A stretch of 64,000 bases of DNA from Ignavibacteriota bacterium (GCA_963787835.1 CAWBEI010000005.1:160001-224000), one strand, 5' to 3'. Shown: positions 30,643-40,753, numbered from the stretch's first letter. Notes: generated by a model from the letters alone, not told the origin. Numbers and translations are program-made.

Positions 30643-31458
30643 TTAGACCCTGTCGAGAAATTCTGTAAGCGCAGCGGCCCATTCTTGTGGTTTTTCGACT
30701 GCAGATAGGTGCGCAGCCCCTTCGATCTCAACGAAGGATGAATTCGGGATAGCACTGGCCATTTTTCGTAACGATGTTGTTCGCGTTACTCGGTCCTGAT
30801 CGCTGGCAATGACGAGTGTTGGAACAGTGATGCATGGAAGAGTGTCGCGTGAATCGATCCGATCCGCCATTGCCTTAAGCGCAGCGGCAATAGCCGCAGG
30901 ATCTGATTCAAGAATCCAGTTGCGAATCTCTTCGGCTATTTCCGCGTCCGTTGTTTGTGTAACGAAATTAGGATAGACCCTTTCAATGGCAGCGACTGGC
31001 CCGCGTGCAAGAGCGTCATCGGCAAATTCAGCCCGGTTCAACAGCTCCTTTAAAGAATCAGCTTCGGCACGGGTATTAGAAAGAACCATGCCACGAATAA
31101 TATCTGAATTCATGTGATAGAACTCCAAGGCCGCATATCCACCCATGCTCAATCCAGCGAGAACGATCGGCTTGCGTGTGTGATGCTCAATAATTCCACG
31201 AAGCTCAATACCGAGTGAGGAGAAATCCCACTGTGGTCGCGAAGCAGATCTCCCGAAGCCGGGAAAGTCAATGAGGATGAAGGCGGTATCCGCTCGCAGC
31301 GATTGAAAATGTTCCGTCATGCCAAGCCACATCTCACTCGAAAATGGGAACGCATGAAGTAACACCACCACATGTTTCGTTGCAGCGGTAGTAGGCAAGA
31401 ATCGCGAATTCAGTGCCAAGGAAGGATTTTGGAAATTAGGAATGGAGAATCCACTCAT
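30643..31458 (-). CDS. Alpha/beta fold hydrolase
   Basis: LLHAFP, GLSMGG, AAHLSAVE. Confidence 0.9.
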   Translation of the reverse strand: MSGFSIPNFQNPSLALNSRFLPTTAATKHVVVLLHAFPFSSEMWLGMTEHFQSLRADTAFILIDFPGFGRSASRPQWDFSSLGIELRGIIEHHTRKPIVLAGLSMGGYAALEFYHMNSDIIRGMVLSNTRAEADSLKELLNRAEFADDALARGPVAAIERVYPNFVTQTTDAEIAEEIRNWILESDPAAIAAALKAMADRIDSRDTLPCITVPTLVIASDQDRVTRTTSLRKMASAIPNSSFVEIEGAAHLSAVEKPQEWAAALTEFLDRV

Positions 31459-31495
31459 AATGTCGAAAATCTTTCGAAATCAGCTAAAACTAAAG

Positions 31496-32134
31496 TTAGC
31501 TGCTGAATTGCGTACTGACGATCGTTAATTGGCTTGGATATTTTAGGCTGCCAATGGGCGTGGACATCGTCGGCTGTGCCTTAAGCTGGACCTGGGAAAC
31601 ACCACCATTCCCAGACATTGCGAGTGCAAGTTTGACGATCTGGTCATAGCCCTGATTCACAAAAAACTGTTTAAGATCGATCGTAACAGAAAGAGGGATC
31701 ATCGTAGTCATCCCGCCTGCCGGTACTCCAACGGGGGCGCCGATGTCGCCGGAAATCGTCTGCTGACCGTTCAGGAAAAGTGTCCAGGGGAAGGCCGTTA
31801 CCTGAAGTGAACTCAGTGCCGAAGAACCCGTCGAAGGATTTGGATTCTTTGCGGCCACATCCAACGTAAACGTAAGCGGGAAATGGCCACTTGCAAAGGC
31901 GGCAGTGAGATTGATGCCATCCATAATGCTAAAATCGGAGACATTGTGTTTGTTTGTGATGTCAATGCCGCAAAGCTGAACATGCTGCACGTCATTGAGC
32001 TTGAATTGAATTCTCGATAAACCGGCAAGGGCGTTGAGCGTAGAGCAGGAATTCAGGCTTGCTGAAATCACACCAGCACCGAGGATAAGGGCAACGATCA
32101 CCCCAACTATTCCAGAGCGTTTAAATATTTTCAT
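31496..32134 (-). CDS. Lipoprotein (LEA-2/WHy-like)
   Basis: Lipobox LNSC after a hydrophobic stretch; NPN motif; ATG at 32134. Confidence 0.7.
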   Translation of the reverse strand: MKIFKRSGIVGVIVALILGAGVISASLNSCSTLNALAGLSRIQFKLNDVQHVQLCGIDITNKHNVSDFSIMDGINLTAAFASGHFPLTFTLDVAAKNPNPSTGSSALSSLQVTAFPWTLFLNGQQTISGDIGAPVGVPAGGMTTMIPLSVTIDLKQFFVNQGYDQIVKLALAMSGNGGVSQVQLKAQPTMSTPIGSLKYPSQLTIVSTQFSS

Positions 32135-32217
32135 AAATGAATATTGTATTAACTTTTCTTGTGATTCAAAACAGGAAAACAATTCGCACATAACTAACGT
32201 GCGAATGAGCCGCATGC

Positions 32218-33525
32218 TTAACTCGACATCGAACGCAAGAATTCTTTGTTTGTCTTGGTTCCACGCATTCGGTCTAAAAGGAACTCCATCGCATCGACGG
32301 GTTGCATATCCGCAAGCAGTTTGCGAAGGATCCATGCGCGGTTCAGATCCTCGGCGCTGAGGAGAAGTTCCTCATGACGAGTGCCTGATGCGTTTACGTT
32401 GATGGCTGGAAAAATTCGGCGATCGGAGAGTTTACGATCCAACTGGATTTCCATATTTCCTGTGCCCTTGAATTCTTCAAAGATAACTTCGTCCATTCGC
32501 GAGCCGGTTTCGACAAGCGCTGTTGCAATGATAGTTAACGAACCACCTTCCTCGATATTTCGGGCTGCTCCAAAGAAACGCTTCGGTCGATGAAGCGCAA
32601 GCGCATCCACGCCACCCGAGAGTATCTTACCGGAATGAGGTATAACGGTATTGTGGGCGCGAGCAAGACGCGTGATCGAGTCAAGCAAGATAACGACATC
32701 GAGTTTTGCTTCCGTCAAGCGTTTTGCTTTTTCTATCGCCATTTCGGCAACTTGCACATGCCGCTCGGCGGGTTCATCGAATGTTGAGGCAACGACTTCG
32801 GCTTTAACGGAACGCTCCATATCGGTAACTTCTTCCGGACGTTCATCAATGAGCAGTACGATTAGTTTTACGTCAGGATGATTTCTTGCGATGGAATTTG
32901 CAATTTTCTGGAGGATGACCGTTTTTCCAGACTTTGGTGGCGATACAATTAGCCCACGCTGCCCAAATCCTATCGGACAAATAATATCCATAATGCGCAT
33001 CGAGTATTCACCAGGTGAAGTCTCGAGCAACATGTGACGATTAGGATAGAGCGGCGTGAGATTGTCGAAAAGTGCGCGATCGCGCATCATCTCGACCGGC
33101 AGATAGTTGAGCTTATCGAGCTTTGAGAGGGCAAAAAATCGCTCGCCGGGTTTTGGAGGACGTACCGTTCCTTCAATAGTATCGCCCGTACGAAGTTTTA
33201 ATTTTTGAACTTGAGAAGGGGAGACATACACATCGTCAGGAGAAGGGAGATAATTGTAATCCGGAGATCGAAGGAATCCGTAGCCATCTGGATGCAATTC
33301 AAGCGTTCCGGAAGTCGGCGCGCTTGATTCTTCCTCCACAACAACGGCCTTGCCATTGGAAGGAACTACTGCCGATTGTAGCTTTGATGCATCGGATTCC
33401 AGGATGCGGAAAATAAGCTCTTGCTTCCGCATATCTGCATAGCCTTCGATGCCGAGGCTTTTTGCGAGATCGTTCAGTTCGACGATCTTTTTTGTTTTTA
33501 ATTCTGCTGCGCTGAGTAATGCCAT
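32218..33525 (-). CDS. rho: Transcription termination factor Rho
   Basis: [51 protein letters not shown]. Confidence 0.98.
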   Translation of the reverse strand: MALLSAAELKTKKIVELNDLAKSLGIEGYADMRKQELIFRILESDASKLQSAVVPSNGKAVVVEEESSAPTSGTLELHPDGYGFLRSPDYNYLPSPDDVYVSPSQVQKLKLRTGDTIEGTVRPPKPGERFFALSKLDKLNYLPVEMMRDRALFDNLTPLYPNRHMLLETSPGEYSMRIMDIICPIGFGQRGLIVSPPKSGKTVILQKIANSIARNHPDVKLIVLLIDERPEEVTDMERSVKAEVVASTFDEPAERHVQVAEMAIEKAKRLTEAKLDVVILLDSITRLARAHNTVIPHSGKILSGGVDALALHRPKRFFGAARNIEEGGSLTIIATALVETGSRMDEVIFEEFKGTGNMEIQLDRKLSDRRIFPAINVNASGTRHEELLLSAEDLNRAWILRKLLADMQPVDAMEFLLDRMRGTKTNKEFLRSMSS

Positions 33526-33967
33526 AAGTAGATGATGGGGGGGAAGTGCGGTTGGTCGCCGCAACAGCCTGTTTCTTACTAATGCTCTTTAAGCAAAAGC
33601 TCCACAGGCTTATTCAAAAAGTGGGCTGGTAAAAGTTGATGGATTGACGACGTCAAGCCGGTCACATGGGTTACGACTCGACGAGAAAATGAGAACAGTT
33701 TGCGTGTTACGACCATATCTCTGTAATCGCAACTAACTCTCAGACCGATAAACAAGGAGCCCATACGGGCCGAAGAATTCTTTTGCTACTCCGATCTCTG
33801 TGGTAAAAAAGGAAATTTTAAAATCTCACAGATGACCGCTGGATGTCGATCTAGGGACCGGAGGGTTTAGGCCAGAGCGTTTGGAGTTAATTCAGCTACT
33901 CCGTCATTCGCACTATACTACAAAAAAGTAAACCTGTTTCAGGCTACATTCATTTTTGGATTTACGC

Positions 33968-35230
33968 TCAATTTATAAAACAAACATCCCGGTCCGAAAG
34001 TTCACGCAGAAATTCCCCGACCACATAATGCGAGCCAGAAAGAAGCAGTATATTTCCAGGAGAAGCACTCGAAATTGCCATTTCTACGCCATTTTTGACA
34101 TTTCCACCATCCTTTGCTGGTATTCCCAGTAAATTTGCTTTGGTCGCAAGTTCGTCGCTTGGAAGGGCACGCGGGGTATCTGCAGAAATGGCAATAAAAT
34201 CCTGTGCAAAATCCTTTACTAAATTCAGGATCTGATCCACATGCTTATCCTTCATAATTCCGAAAATGACTACTGGGTGAACATTCATTTTTTTGAAAAA
34301 TTTGCGAACTGCCTGCAATGCTTCTGGATTATGGCCGACATCCAGAAAAAATCGTAATCCTTGCTCACGAAGTTTAGGCCACTCGATCTCATCGAGTCTC
34401 CCGTGAAGTCCAGTTAATTTGGAAGTTTCCCGGATAGCGTTTCTGGCTATTTCATCAGAAATGTGATAGGGAAGCGATCTTAGAGTTGCTCGGACCGAAA
34501 GTAAATTCTCAACTTGATGTTCACCGGGCAAAGCTGGTTCCCATTTTTCGTTGTACAATAATTCCTTTTGAACGCCCCGAACAAATGTCAAAGGCGCACC
34601 AACCTCTTTTGACTTTGAGCGAAAGATATGCTCCAACTCGGACAAGGAATTCACAATAGCAGGAACACCCGATTTAAATATTCCTGCCTTTTCTCTCGCG
34701 ATATCCTCCAAGGTAGGGCCAAGCTGTGCATGATGGTCGTGACCGATCGATGTGATGACGGTTGCGAGTGGCTTCTCAAGTACATTGGTAGCATCTAACC
34801 GGCCACCCAAACCAGTTTCGATGATCGCAACTTCTACGTTATGACGTGCAAAATGATCGAAGACCATCGCTGTCGTCACCTCAAAAAAACTTGCTTTCAT
34901 TTCCTCAACACTCGGCCAAATATGTTCGAGAAACGCAAGGACTTCCAGTTGTGAGATCATTTCGCCATTAATACGAATGCGTTCCCGGAAATCAACAAGA
35001 TGAGGGGACGTATAAAGTCCGGTTCGTTTGCCCGCAACCTGATGCACCGCAGAAAGCATCGCCGCTACGCTTCCTTTGCCATTCGTACCAGCGATATGGA
35101 TCGAATCAAATTTTCGTTCAGGATGCCCAAGGTCTTCGAGCAATGCCCGTATATTATCTAATCCGAGCTTCATGCCAAAGAACTCGAGCTTGTAAAGTGC
35201 GTCGAGCCTATCCTGATACTCGTTCATCAT
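33968..35230 (-). CDS. folC: Folylpolyglutamate/dihydrofolate synthase
   Basis: HIAGTNGKGS, YTSPHL, ETGLGGRLDATN. Confidence 0.95.
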   Translation of the reverse strand: MMNEYQDRLDALYKLEFFGMKLGLDNIRALLEDLGHPERKFDSIHIAGTNGKGSVAAMLSAVHQVAGKRTGLYTSPHLVDFRERIRINGEMISQLEVLAFLEHIWPSVEEMKASFFEVTTAMVFDHFARHNVEVAIIETGLGGRLDATNVLEKPLATVITSIGHDHHAQLGPTLEDIAREKAGIFKSGVPAIVNSLSELEHIFRSKSKEVGAPLTFVRGVQKELLYNEKWEPALPGEHQVENLLSVRATLRSLPYHISDEIARNAIRETSKLTGLHGRLDEIEWPKLREQGLRFFLDVGHNPEALQAVRKFFKKMNVHPVVIFGIMKDKHVDQILNLVKDFAQDFIAISADTPRALPSDELATKANLLGIPAKDGGNVKNGVEMAISSASPGNILLLSGSHYVVGEFLRELSDRDVCFIN

Positions 35231-36984
35231 TAGGCGGCGGTAAGGCGAGATTTCTTCAGTTCCTTCGGAGCATTCTGCAAGGCTTCTGCAATAAGAGATC
35301 GTGCATTATCCAGCGCTCCCGAGGACAAAACATCACCAGAGATTAACCGAGCCACTTCTTCAACATGCTCTTTGTCGCTCAATTGCTTTAAATGAGATGA
35401 CGTTACCCCTTTTGCTGAGCTTTTCTCAGCAAGATAATGCGAATCGCCACAAGCGGCAATTTGAGCCAGGTGCGTGATAGCGATGGTTTGATGATCCTCC
35501 GAAAGTGTCTTCATTGCTCGTCCAACTCGTTGTGCCACTCGTCCCGAGATACCAATATCGATCTCGTCAAAGATGAGAAGTGGCATTCGATCTGCTTTGG
35601 CGAGAACTGTTTTGAGTGCAAGCATGATCCTCGAAACCTCGCCGCCCGATGCTACGCGTGTTAATGGCTTTGGCGTTTCACCGGCATTTGTCGAGATGAA
35701 AAATTCCACGGTATCTATTCCTCTTCCATTTGATAGAACCGTCTTGCCATCGATTGACAATGCCAGCGGTTCATCGGATCTGGCCGTCTGCTGTTCGATC
35801 TCCACTTTGAACTGCGCATGTTCAATTCCCAATTCTTTTAATATTGCCTCGATCTGTGGCTCTAACTTTTTCGCTTGTTCTGTTCTGGCTTTGGATAACT
35901 TTATTGCCGACCTCGACAAGCGTGGACGAATTTCGGCTAATTCACTCTCCTTAGATAAAATCCGTTGCTCGAATTCTTCCTCGAACGAAAGTTTTTCTTC
36001 TATTTCTCGCTTTTTCTCTAATACTGCTGCCAGAGTTCCTCCGAATTTCTTTTTTAGCCGTTGAATGCCTTGCGCCCGTTCCCGAAGTTCTGCAAGCTCG
36101 CTGGAGTCAAGCGAGATGCGGCCTGCGTAATCGCTGAACCATCGCGAAAGCTCGGTCACGATAACCAGTGCCGATTTTGCCTCGTTAAGCGGTTCTTCAA
36201 GTGTCGGATCGACGGGCGTGAGCCGCGTCAATTGCTCCCGCACCATTCCTAATTTCTCTGTAGCCGATTCTTCGCCATCGTAAAGCAACTCATGAATGCT
36301 CGATGCAGCACCTTGAAGCTCCTCTGCATTCTCAAGGACTTTCAGCCGTGCCTCGATCGCTTCATCTTCGCCTTCAATGGGATTTACCGCATTAATTTCC
36401 CGAAGCTGAAATGAGTGAAGTTCCTGTTCTTCGTCAGCTTTTGTCTTGCGGGATCTCATCTCCGAAATTTCTGCAAGCAATCGTGTCAAAGCATTGCGAA
36501 GAATTCTGAAATCGCTCACCGTCGCTTCCAATCCAGCAAAATCATCCAGCATCTGGATATGCGTTGCAGATCTGAGTAGCGATTGATGCTCATGCTGGCC
36601 ATGTAGATCGACCAGAATTTCGCCAAGAGATTTCATCACTTGCGTACTGACCGGCGAATCATTCACAAATCCACGGCTCGTTCCACGCTGAGTTACTTCT
36701 CGCCTAATCACCAACACATCCTGCGATTCAATTTCATTCTCTGCAAAAAACTCGCTGAGTTCCCGATCACTCAGAAAATCGAACTCGGCCTCGACGATCG
36801 TCTTATCGGCTCCGGCTCTGACCATATCCGAAGACGCCCGATCGCCAAGAAGTAACCCAAATGCGCCCAGGATAATGGATTTACCCGCGCCTGTCTCGCC
36901 GGTGATGATATTCAGCCCAGGAGTAAACTGGACCGTGAACTCATCAATGAGCGCGTAGTTCTTTATGTAAAGAGAACGTAACAA
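35230..36984 (-). CDS. recN: DNA repair protein RecN
   Basis: ITGETGAGKS, DLHGQHEHQ, ASGGEVSRIMLA, IFDEIDIG. Confidence 0.97.
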   Translation of the reverse strand: MLRSLYIKNYALIDEFTVQFTPGLNIITGETGAGKSIILGAFGLLLGDRASSDMVRAGADKTIVEAEFDFLSDRELSEFFAENEIESQDVLVIRREVTQRGTSRGFVNDSPVSTQVMKSLGEILVDLHGQHEHQSLLRSATHIQMLDDFAGLEATVSDFRILRNALTRLLAEISEMRSRKTKADEEQELHSFQLREINAVNPIEGEDEAIEARLKVLENAEELQGAASSIHELLYDGEESATEKLGMVREQLTRLTPVDPTLEEPLNEAKSALVIVTELSRWFSDYAGRISLDSSELAELRERAQGIQRLKKKFGGTLAAVLEKKREIEEKLSFEEEFEQRILSKESELAEIRPRLSRSAIKLSKARTEQAKKLEPQIEAILKELGIEHAQFKVEIEQQTARSDEPLALSIDGKTVLSNGRGIDTVEFFISTNAGETPKPLTRVASGGEVSRIMLALKTVLAKADRMPLLIFDEIDIGISGRVAQRVGRAMKTLSEDHQTIAITHLAQIAACGDSHYLAEKSSAKGVTSSHLKQLSDKEHVEEVARLISGDVLSSGALDNARSLIAEALQNAPKELKKSRLTAA

Positions 36985-37112
36985 TTAAGAAGTAAAAATT
37001 AAGAATTAATAGGAAGGCTATTTCGGAGCATTTAGTGTCCGAGTTCCCTTAAAATTGGAATGGGGACTAATTTGCCCCCATTCTTAATTCTTAATTTTTA
37101 ATTCTTAATTAT
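36983..37112. repeat. Inverted pair of heptamer tandem tracts (AATTAAG)n ... (CTTAATT)n
   Basis: aattaagaagtaaaaattaagaattaa at about 36983-37009 and ttcttaattcttaatttttaattcttaatt at about 37081-37110. Confidence 0.75.
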
Positions 37113-37453
37113 TAAGTGGTCTTACGGCGTACATCCTTCGAGCCTAAGCCGCGGAGATGGTAGAGCTTAGCGCGGCGAACCTGACCGGCCGATACAAAAT
37201 CGATCTTCGCGATACGCGGCGAGTGGATGGGGAAGATACGCTCGACGCCCACGCCATTCGAGATCTTGCGGACGGTCACCGTCTCGTTGAGTCCCGAACC
37301 TCGGCGCGCAATCACGATTCCCTCGAAATGCTGGATGCGCTCCTTATCGCCCTCGACGACCCGCACCGACACGTTTATCACGTCACCGGACCGAAATTGC
37401 GGAATATCCTGACGAAGCTGAGCAAGGTTGACGGCGTGTATGATCTGTTCCAT
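37112..37453 (-). CDS. rplS: 50S ribosomal protein L19
   Basis: FRSGD...[14 protein letters not shown]...[19 protein letters not shown]...VRRAKLY. Confidence 0.98.
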   Translation of the reverse strand: MEQIIHAVNLAQLRQDIPQFRSGDVINVSVRVVEGDKERIQHFEGIVIARRGSGLNETVTVRKISNGVGVERIFPIHSPRIAKIDFVSAGQVRRAKLYHLRGLGSKDVRRKTT

Positions 37454-37586
37454 GGCGGTAAAAGGTGTTCGGTTTCAGGATATTATGGTTTCTAATTTCG
37501 GGCGGGCAATAACCGCGATGCCTGCCAAGAAGTTCACGAAACCCTACATCCTCCAATTACAACAAATTTTCGTGTTTTCAGTGTCT

Positions 37587-37796
37587 CCCAGAAATAGGTG
37601 CCATTTCTTTTTTTTGCTGAGTTCCCGACCACCCTCAATTTCGAGCCATTTTCGCCATTTGTTGCAAAAGTTATTCACATTTTGCTTTCCCAAAGAACAC
37701 GTTCATTCCGAAAACCAGCGCCGCATCAATTGTCAATGAACTCTCCACGCTCCGTATTTCTTACTTCTTAACTCTCACTTCTTACTTATTTCCCCC
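37587..37796 (-). repeat. Duplicated ~210-nt non-coding element, copy B (upstream of rplS)
   Basis: Reverse complement aligns with 20819-21025. Confidence 0.9.
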
Positions 37797-37826
37797 TTTC
37801 ATCTCTCATATTTCATCTTTTCCCCG

Positions 37827-37859
37827 ACAGGGTGCCTATTATCTCACTCACTAATATAC
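37827..37859 (-). promoter_or_regulatory. GTATATTAG-N10-AATAGGCACC motif (promoter plus putative operator)
   Basis: + strand acagggtgcctatt-atctcactca-ctaatatac. Confidence 0.7.
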
Positions 37860-37916
37860 AACACCCAAAACCCAAAAGCAAGTAAATCCGAAATTATTTT
37901 TGAAAATCCGGCAACC

Positions 37917-38025
37917 GTAGGGACGTGCTGCGCACGTCCGTTTTGCAGGAATGCTCATTCAAGATCTCGGCTGATTTCACAATTGTTGGCATTTGCCGGG
38001 GCGGACGTGCGCAGCACGTTCCTAT
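37917..38025. repeat. GTAG-type REP pair (REPIN-like)
   Basis: GTAGGGACGTGCTGCGCACGTCCG (37917-37940) and its inverted copy CGGACGTGCGCAGCACGTTCCTAT (38002-38025). Confidence 0.85.
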
Positions 38026-38032
38026 GGATCAC

Positions 38033-38121
38033 GCACCGATAGGAGCGATATTTCGTAGCCCCGGACGTGAGTCCGGGGTTAGCATTATTTTGTGAGCCAA
38101 AAGTCACGAAGGGACGACAGA
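38033..38121 (+). repeat. Left REP-like arm flanking the SIR2 gene
   Basis: GTAGCCCCGGACGTGAGTCCGGGGTT (38055-38080) + AAAAGTCACGAAGGGACGACAGA; inverted copy at 39976-40066. Confidence 0.85.
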
Positions 38122-38138
38122 AGAGCGACTAAATTGTC

Positions 38139-38171
38139 GTATATTAGTGTAAAAGATGATAGGCACCTATT
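38139..38171 (+). promoter_or_regulatory. GTATATTAG-N10-GATAGGCACCTATT motif upstream of SIR2
   Basis: Seen directly; 13/14 match to the palindrome AATAGGCACCTATT, 9 nt before the ATG. Confidence 0.75.
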
Positions 38172-38180
38172 ATAAACTTT

Positions 38181-39952
38181 ATGGATAGAAAACTCGACTT
38201 AGTTATACCGATTGCATCCTCGATTCACTCTTCAAAAGGAGTGTACGCTTTGTTGCTTGGTTCTGGTATATCACGCGCGGCGAAAATACTTACGGGTCAT
38301 GAGATAACCGGTGAACTCATTAAACGAATCGCTCTTGCACAAAAGGCGGATGTGGGCGACGATCCGCATTCTTGGTATTTCAAAACCTTCGATACGCAAC
38401 CAAAATATGATGATTTACTTGCAAAGTTAGCACCCTCTGCAGATGACAGACACATGCTCCTGCGTCCCTATTTCGAGCCTAACGATGCTGACCGATCAAG
38501 CGGTGATAAAAGACCGACGGTAGCACATAAGGCAATTGTGAGGTTAGTGAAGAAAGGATTCATCCGTGTAATTATCACAACGAACTTCGATCATCTAATT
38601 GAACAAGCGCTCGAGAGTGAAGGAGTTGCATTCACCGTTGTCTATACCGATAATATGGTTTCAGGGATGCTTCCGTTGGTTCATGGCGGAGTGATAATAA
38701 TTAAGGTAAATGGCGATTACACTAACCCACGCCTTCGCAATACTGAAGATGAACTTACAAGCTACGGTAATGAGATGAGGAATTTATTGTCAAGAGTTTT
38801 CGACGAATATGGGCTGATTGTTTGCGGATGGTCAGCTAAATGGGATAAAGGACTATGTGAACTAATTGAAAAATCTCCGAATCGTCGATTTTCTTCGTTC
38901 TGGACAACAGTCAATACACCTGATCCAGAACTCGAACAGTTAATCCGAAATCGTCAAGGCAATCTGATTTCCATTGATAATGCTGACAGTTTCTTTTCCT
39001 CGCTTGAAAGAAGGTCATGGCTCTTGAATCACTTTCGAACCGTCCGCCTCTCACATCGAAGCTAGCGGCAGAATCGGTTAAACTTTATCTGCCAGATCCT
39101 TCACAAACTATTCGCCTACAAGAACTCGTTCAGAACGAAGCAATCAGAGTAAGAGATCTACTTTCAGAATATAATGTGAGTGTGGCCGGGGTGCATGGAG
39201 GAGCTGATGAATTACTTCGACGTGTTGATTTTTATGAAGTCACCGTAGATACTTTGTTGCAGATTCTTATTGTTGGTGCGCTATATGGAAGCCAAGAGCA
39301 TCGTGCTTTGTGGAGAAAAGCATTTGAAGTAATTGGTTCTTCATTGACCCGTGTGGTTCCGTCGATAGCAGTCCGTTCTTTGACATTACAACTCTATCCT
39401 TTAACTTATTTATTCTTTGGATTCGGAATAGCATCTCTCTTGGGTGAACGCGAGTATAATTTCCTTGAGATTCTCAGGCGCTGGAAATTCGAGTTGAATG
39501 TTGGATATCCGACAACTCCCCATACGCTTAATAACATGACTTTTTGCGACAGTGATGGAACTGGCCTGGCTGAACAATGGCCCAAAGCGCCGAACGGGCA
39601 AAAATATCATATGCCCTTCTCGGAATTTCTATTCGGTAGGCTTCAGAAGCCCCTTGAAGGAGTGGCAAGTTCTCCTCAAAAGTACGCCGAGGCATTTGAC
39701 CAGTTCGAACTGATGATGGATTTGGATGCTCGGTTCATAAAGAGTTCAGAAAGAGTGTCAGGAAGGTACATCTACAAAATCGCTCGACCATCCGGAACTC
39801 AATTCATAAATGATTTAGAAGAGGAAGTTAAACAAGAATCGGGTTCACGCATCTTGCAGGCAGGCTTTTTCGGAGGAAGTTTATCTAAATTTGAAGAGCA
39901 ACTGAAAAATCTCAAGGATCAGATTGGTCAGTATCGGAGCTATTATTGGTGA
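38181..39952 (+). CDS. SIR2 (SIR2_2) domain protein with a long helical C-terminal region, split by a 1-nt frame disruption near 39008
   Basis: LLLGSGISRAAK, IITTNFD, LIVCGWSAKWD; ORFs 38181-39065 and 39017-39952 overlap and join as ...FFSSLE-x-KVMALESL... if one base is added. Confidence 0.8.
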
Positions 39953-39975
39953 TTCGTTTTATTTACTCACTAATT

Positions 39976-40066
39976 TCTGTCGTCCCTCCGGGACTTTTAG
40001 ATCCTAACAACTGCAAACCCCGGACTCACGTCCGGGGCTACAAATATGCCGTCCCTACCGGGACTA
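39976..40066 (-). repeat. Right REP-like arm flanking the SIR2 gene
   Basis: AACCCCGGACTCACGTCCGGGGCTAC (40016-40041) is the exact reverse complement of 38055-38080; TCTGTCGTCCCT matches AGGGACGACAGA. Confidence 0.85.
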
Positions 40067-40094
40067 AGGCGCACCCCACACTTAGCGTTTATTC

Positions 40095-40709
40095 TCAGGT
40101 TTCCTCATCGTCATTGGTGCGGAACCCGATCTTACGTTTCGGCGGCACCGGTTCGGGTTGCAGCAAGGGAATTATTGCCTGATACAGCTCGCGTATATTG
40201 TTATCGTGCATCAGCAGTGTGCTATCGATCTCCGCCAGCCGCGTGAGTATCGCGGCGTTAGCGCTTGTATGCTCGCGCAACTTCACGAATGCCCGAATGA
40301 TGAATACGCTCATTTCAGTCGCCCGTTCGCTGCGCAGAATATTTGCCGCCATGAGCGCCCCATGTTCTGTGAATGCCCAGGGCAAATAGCGTCGACCACC
40401 CCGCCCATCTTTGGTGGCAGTTTTTGAGGTCGCAATTTGCGACCTCAAAATTTGCTCTTCAGAACCTGTCACAAATTGTGACCGGTTGCCTGTCTTTGAG
40501 GCAAGCACCTCGAATTCCTCGTTTGTTAGTCTGAAAGCAAAATCTTCCGGGAATCGATCTCGATTACGCTTGAAAGCTTCATTGAACCGCTTCGTTGTAA
40601 CTCCATAGATGCGAGCCAGATCGGAATCGAGCATCACGCGCGTATTCCGCACTAGGTGAATAAGCGGTTCGAGGGGCTGGGTCGCTAAGGCGGTCTTCTG
40701 TTTTGCCAT
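40095..40709 (-). CDS. ORF6N-domain DNA-binding protein
   Basis: RVMLDSDLARIYGVTTKRFNEAFKRNRDRFPEDFAFRLT...GGRRYLPWAFTEHGALM...KRKIGF. Confidence 0.92.
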   Translation of the reverse strand: MAKQKTALATQPLEPLIHLVRNTRVMLDSDLARIYGVTTKRFNEAFKRNRDRFPEDFAFRLTNEEFEVLASKTGNRSQFVTGSEEQILRSQIATSKTATKDGRGGRRYLPWAFTEHGALMAANILRSERATEMSVFIIRAFVKLREHTSANAAILTRLAEIDSTLLMHDNNIRELYQAIIPLLQPEPVPPKRKIGFRTNDDEET

Positions 40710-40753
40710 TATGTAAGATGGGATGCTGTATCTCAATTGCTCATCCCCAACAT

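Noticed and set aside
37428-37739. 103-aa ORF over the duplicated element
   Set aside because: Antisense to the rplS leader, starts inside rplS, and has no recognisable motif.
37827-37859. dif/XerCD site (GGTGCCTATTA resembles the XerC arm GGTGCGCATAA)
   Set aside because: No TTATGTTAAAT-like XerD arm at 6-bp spacing in any copy.
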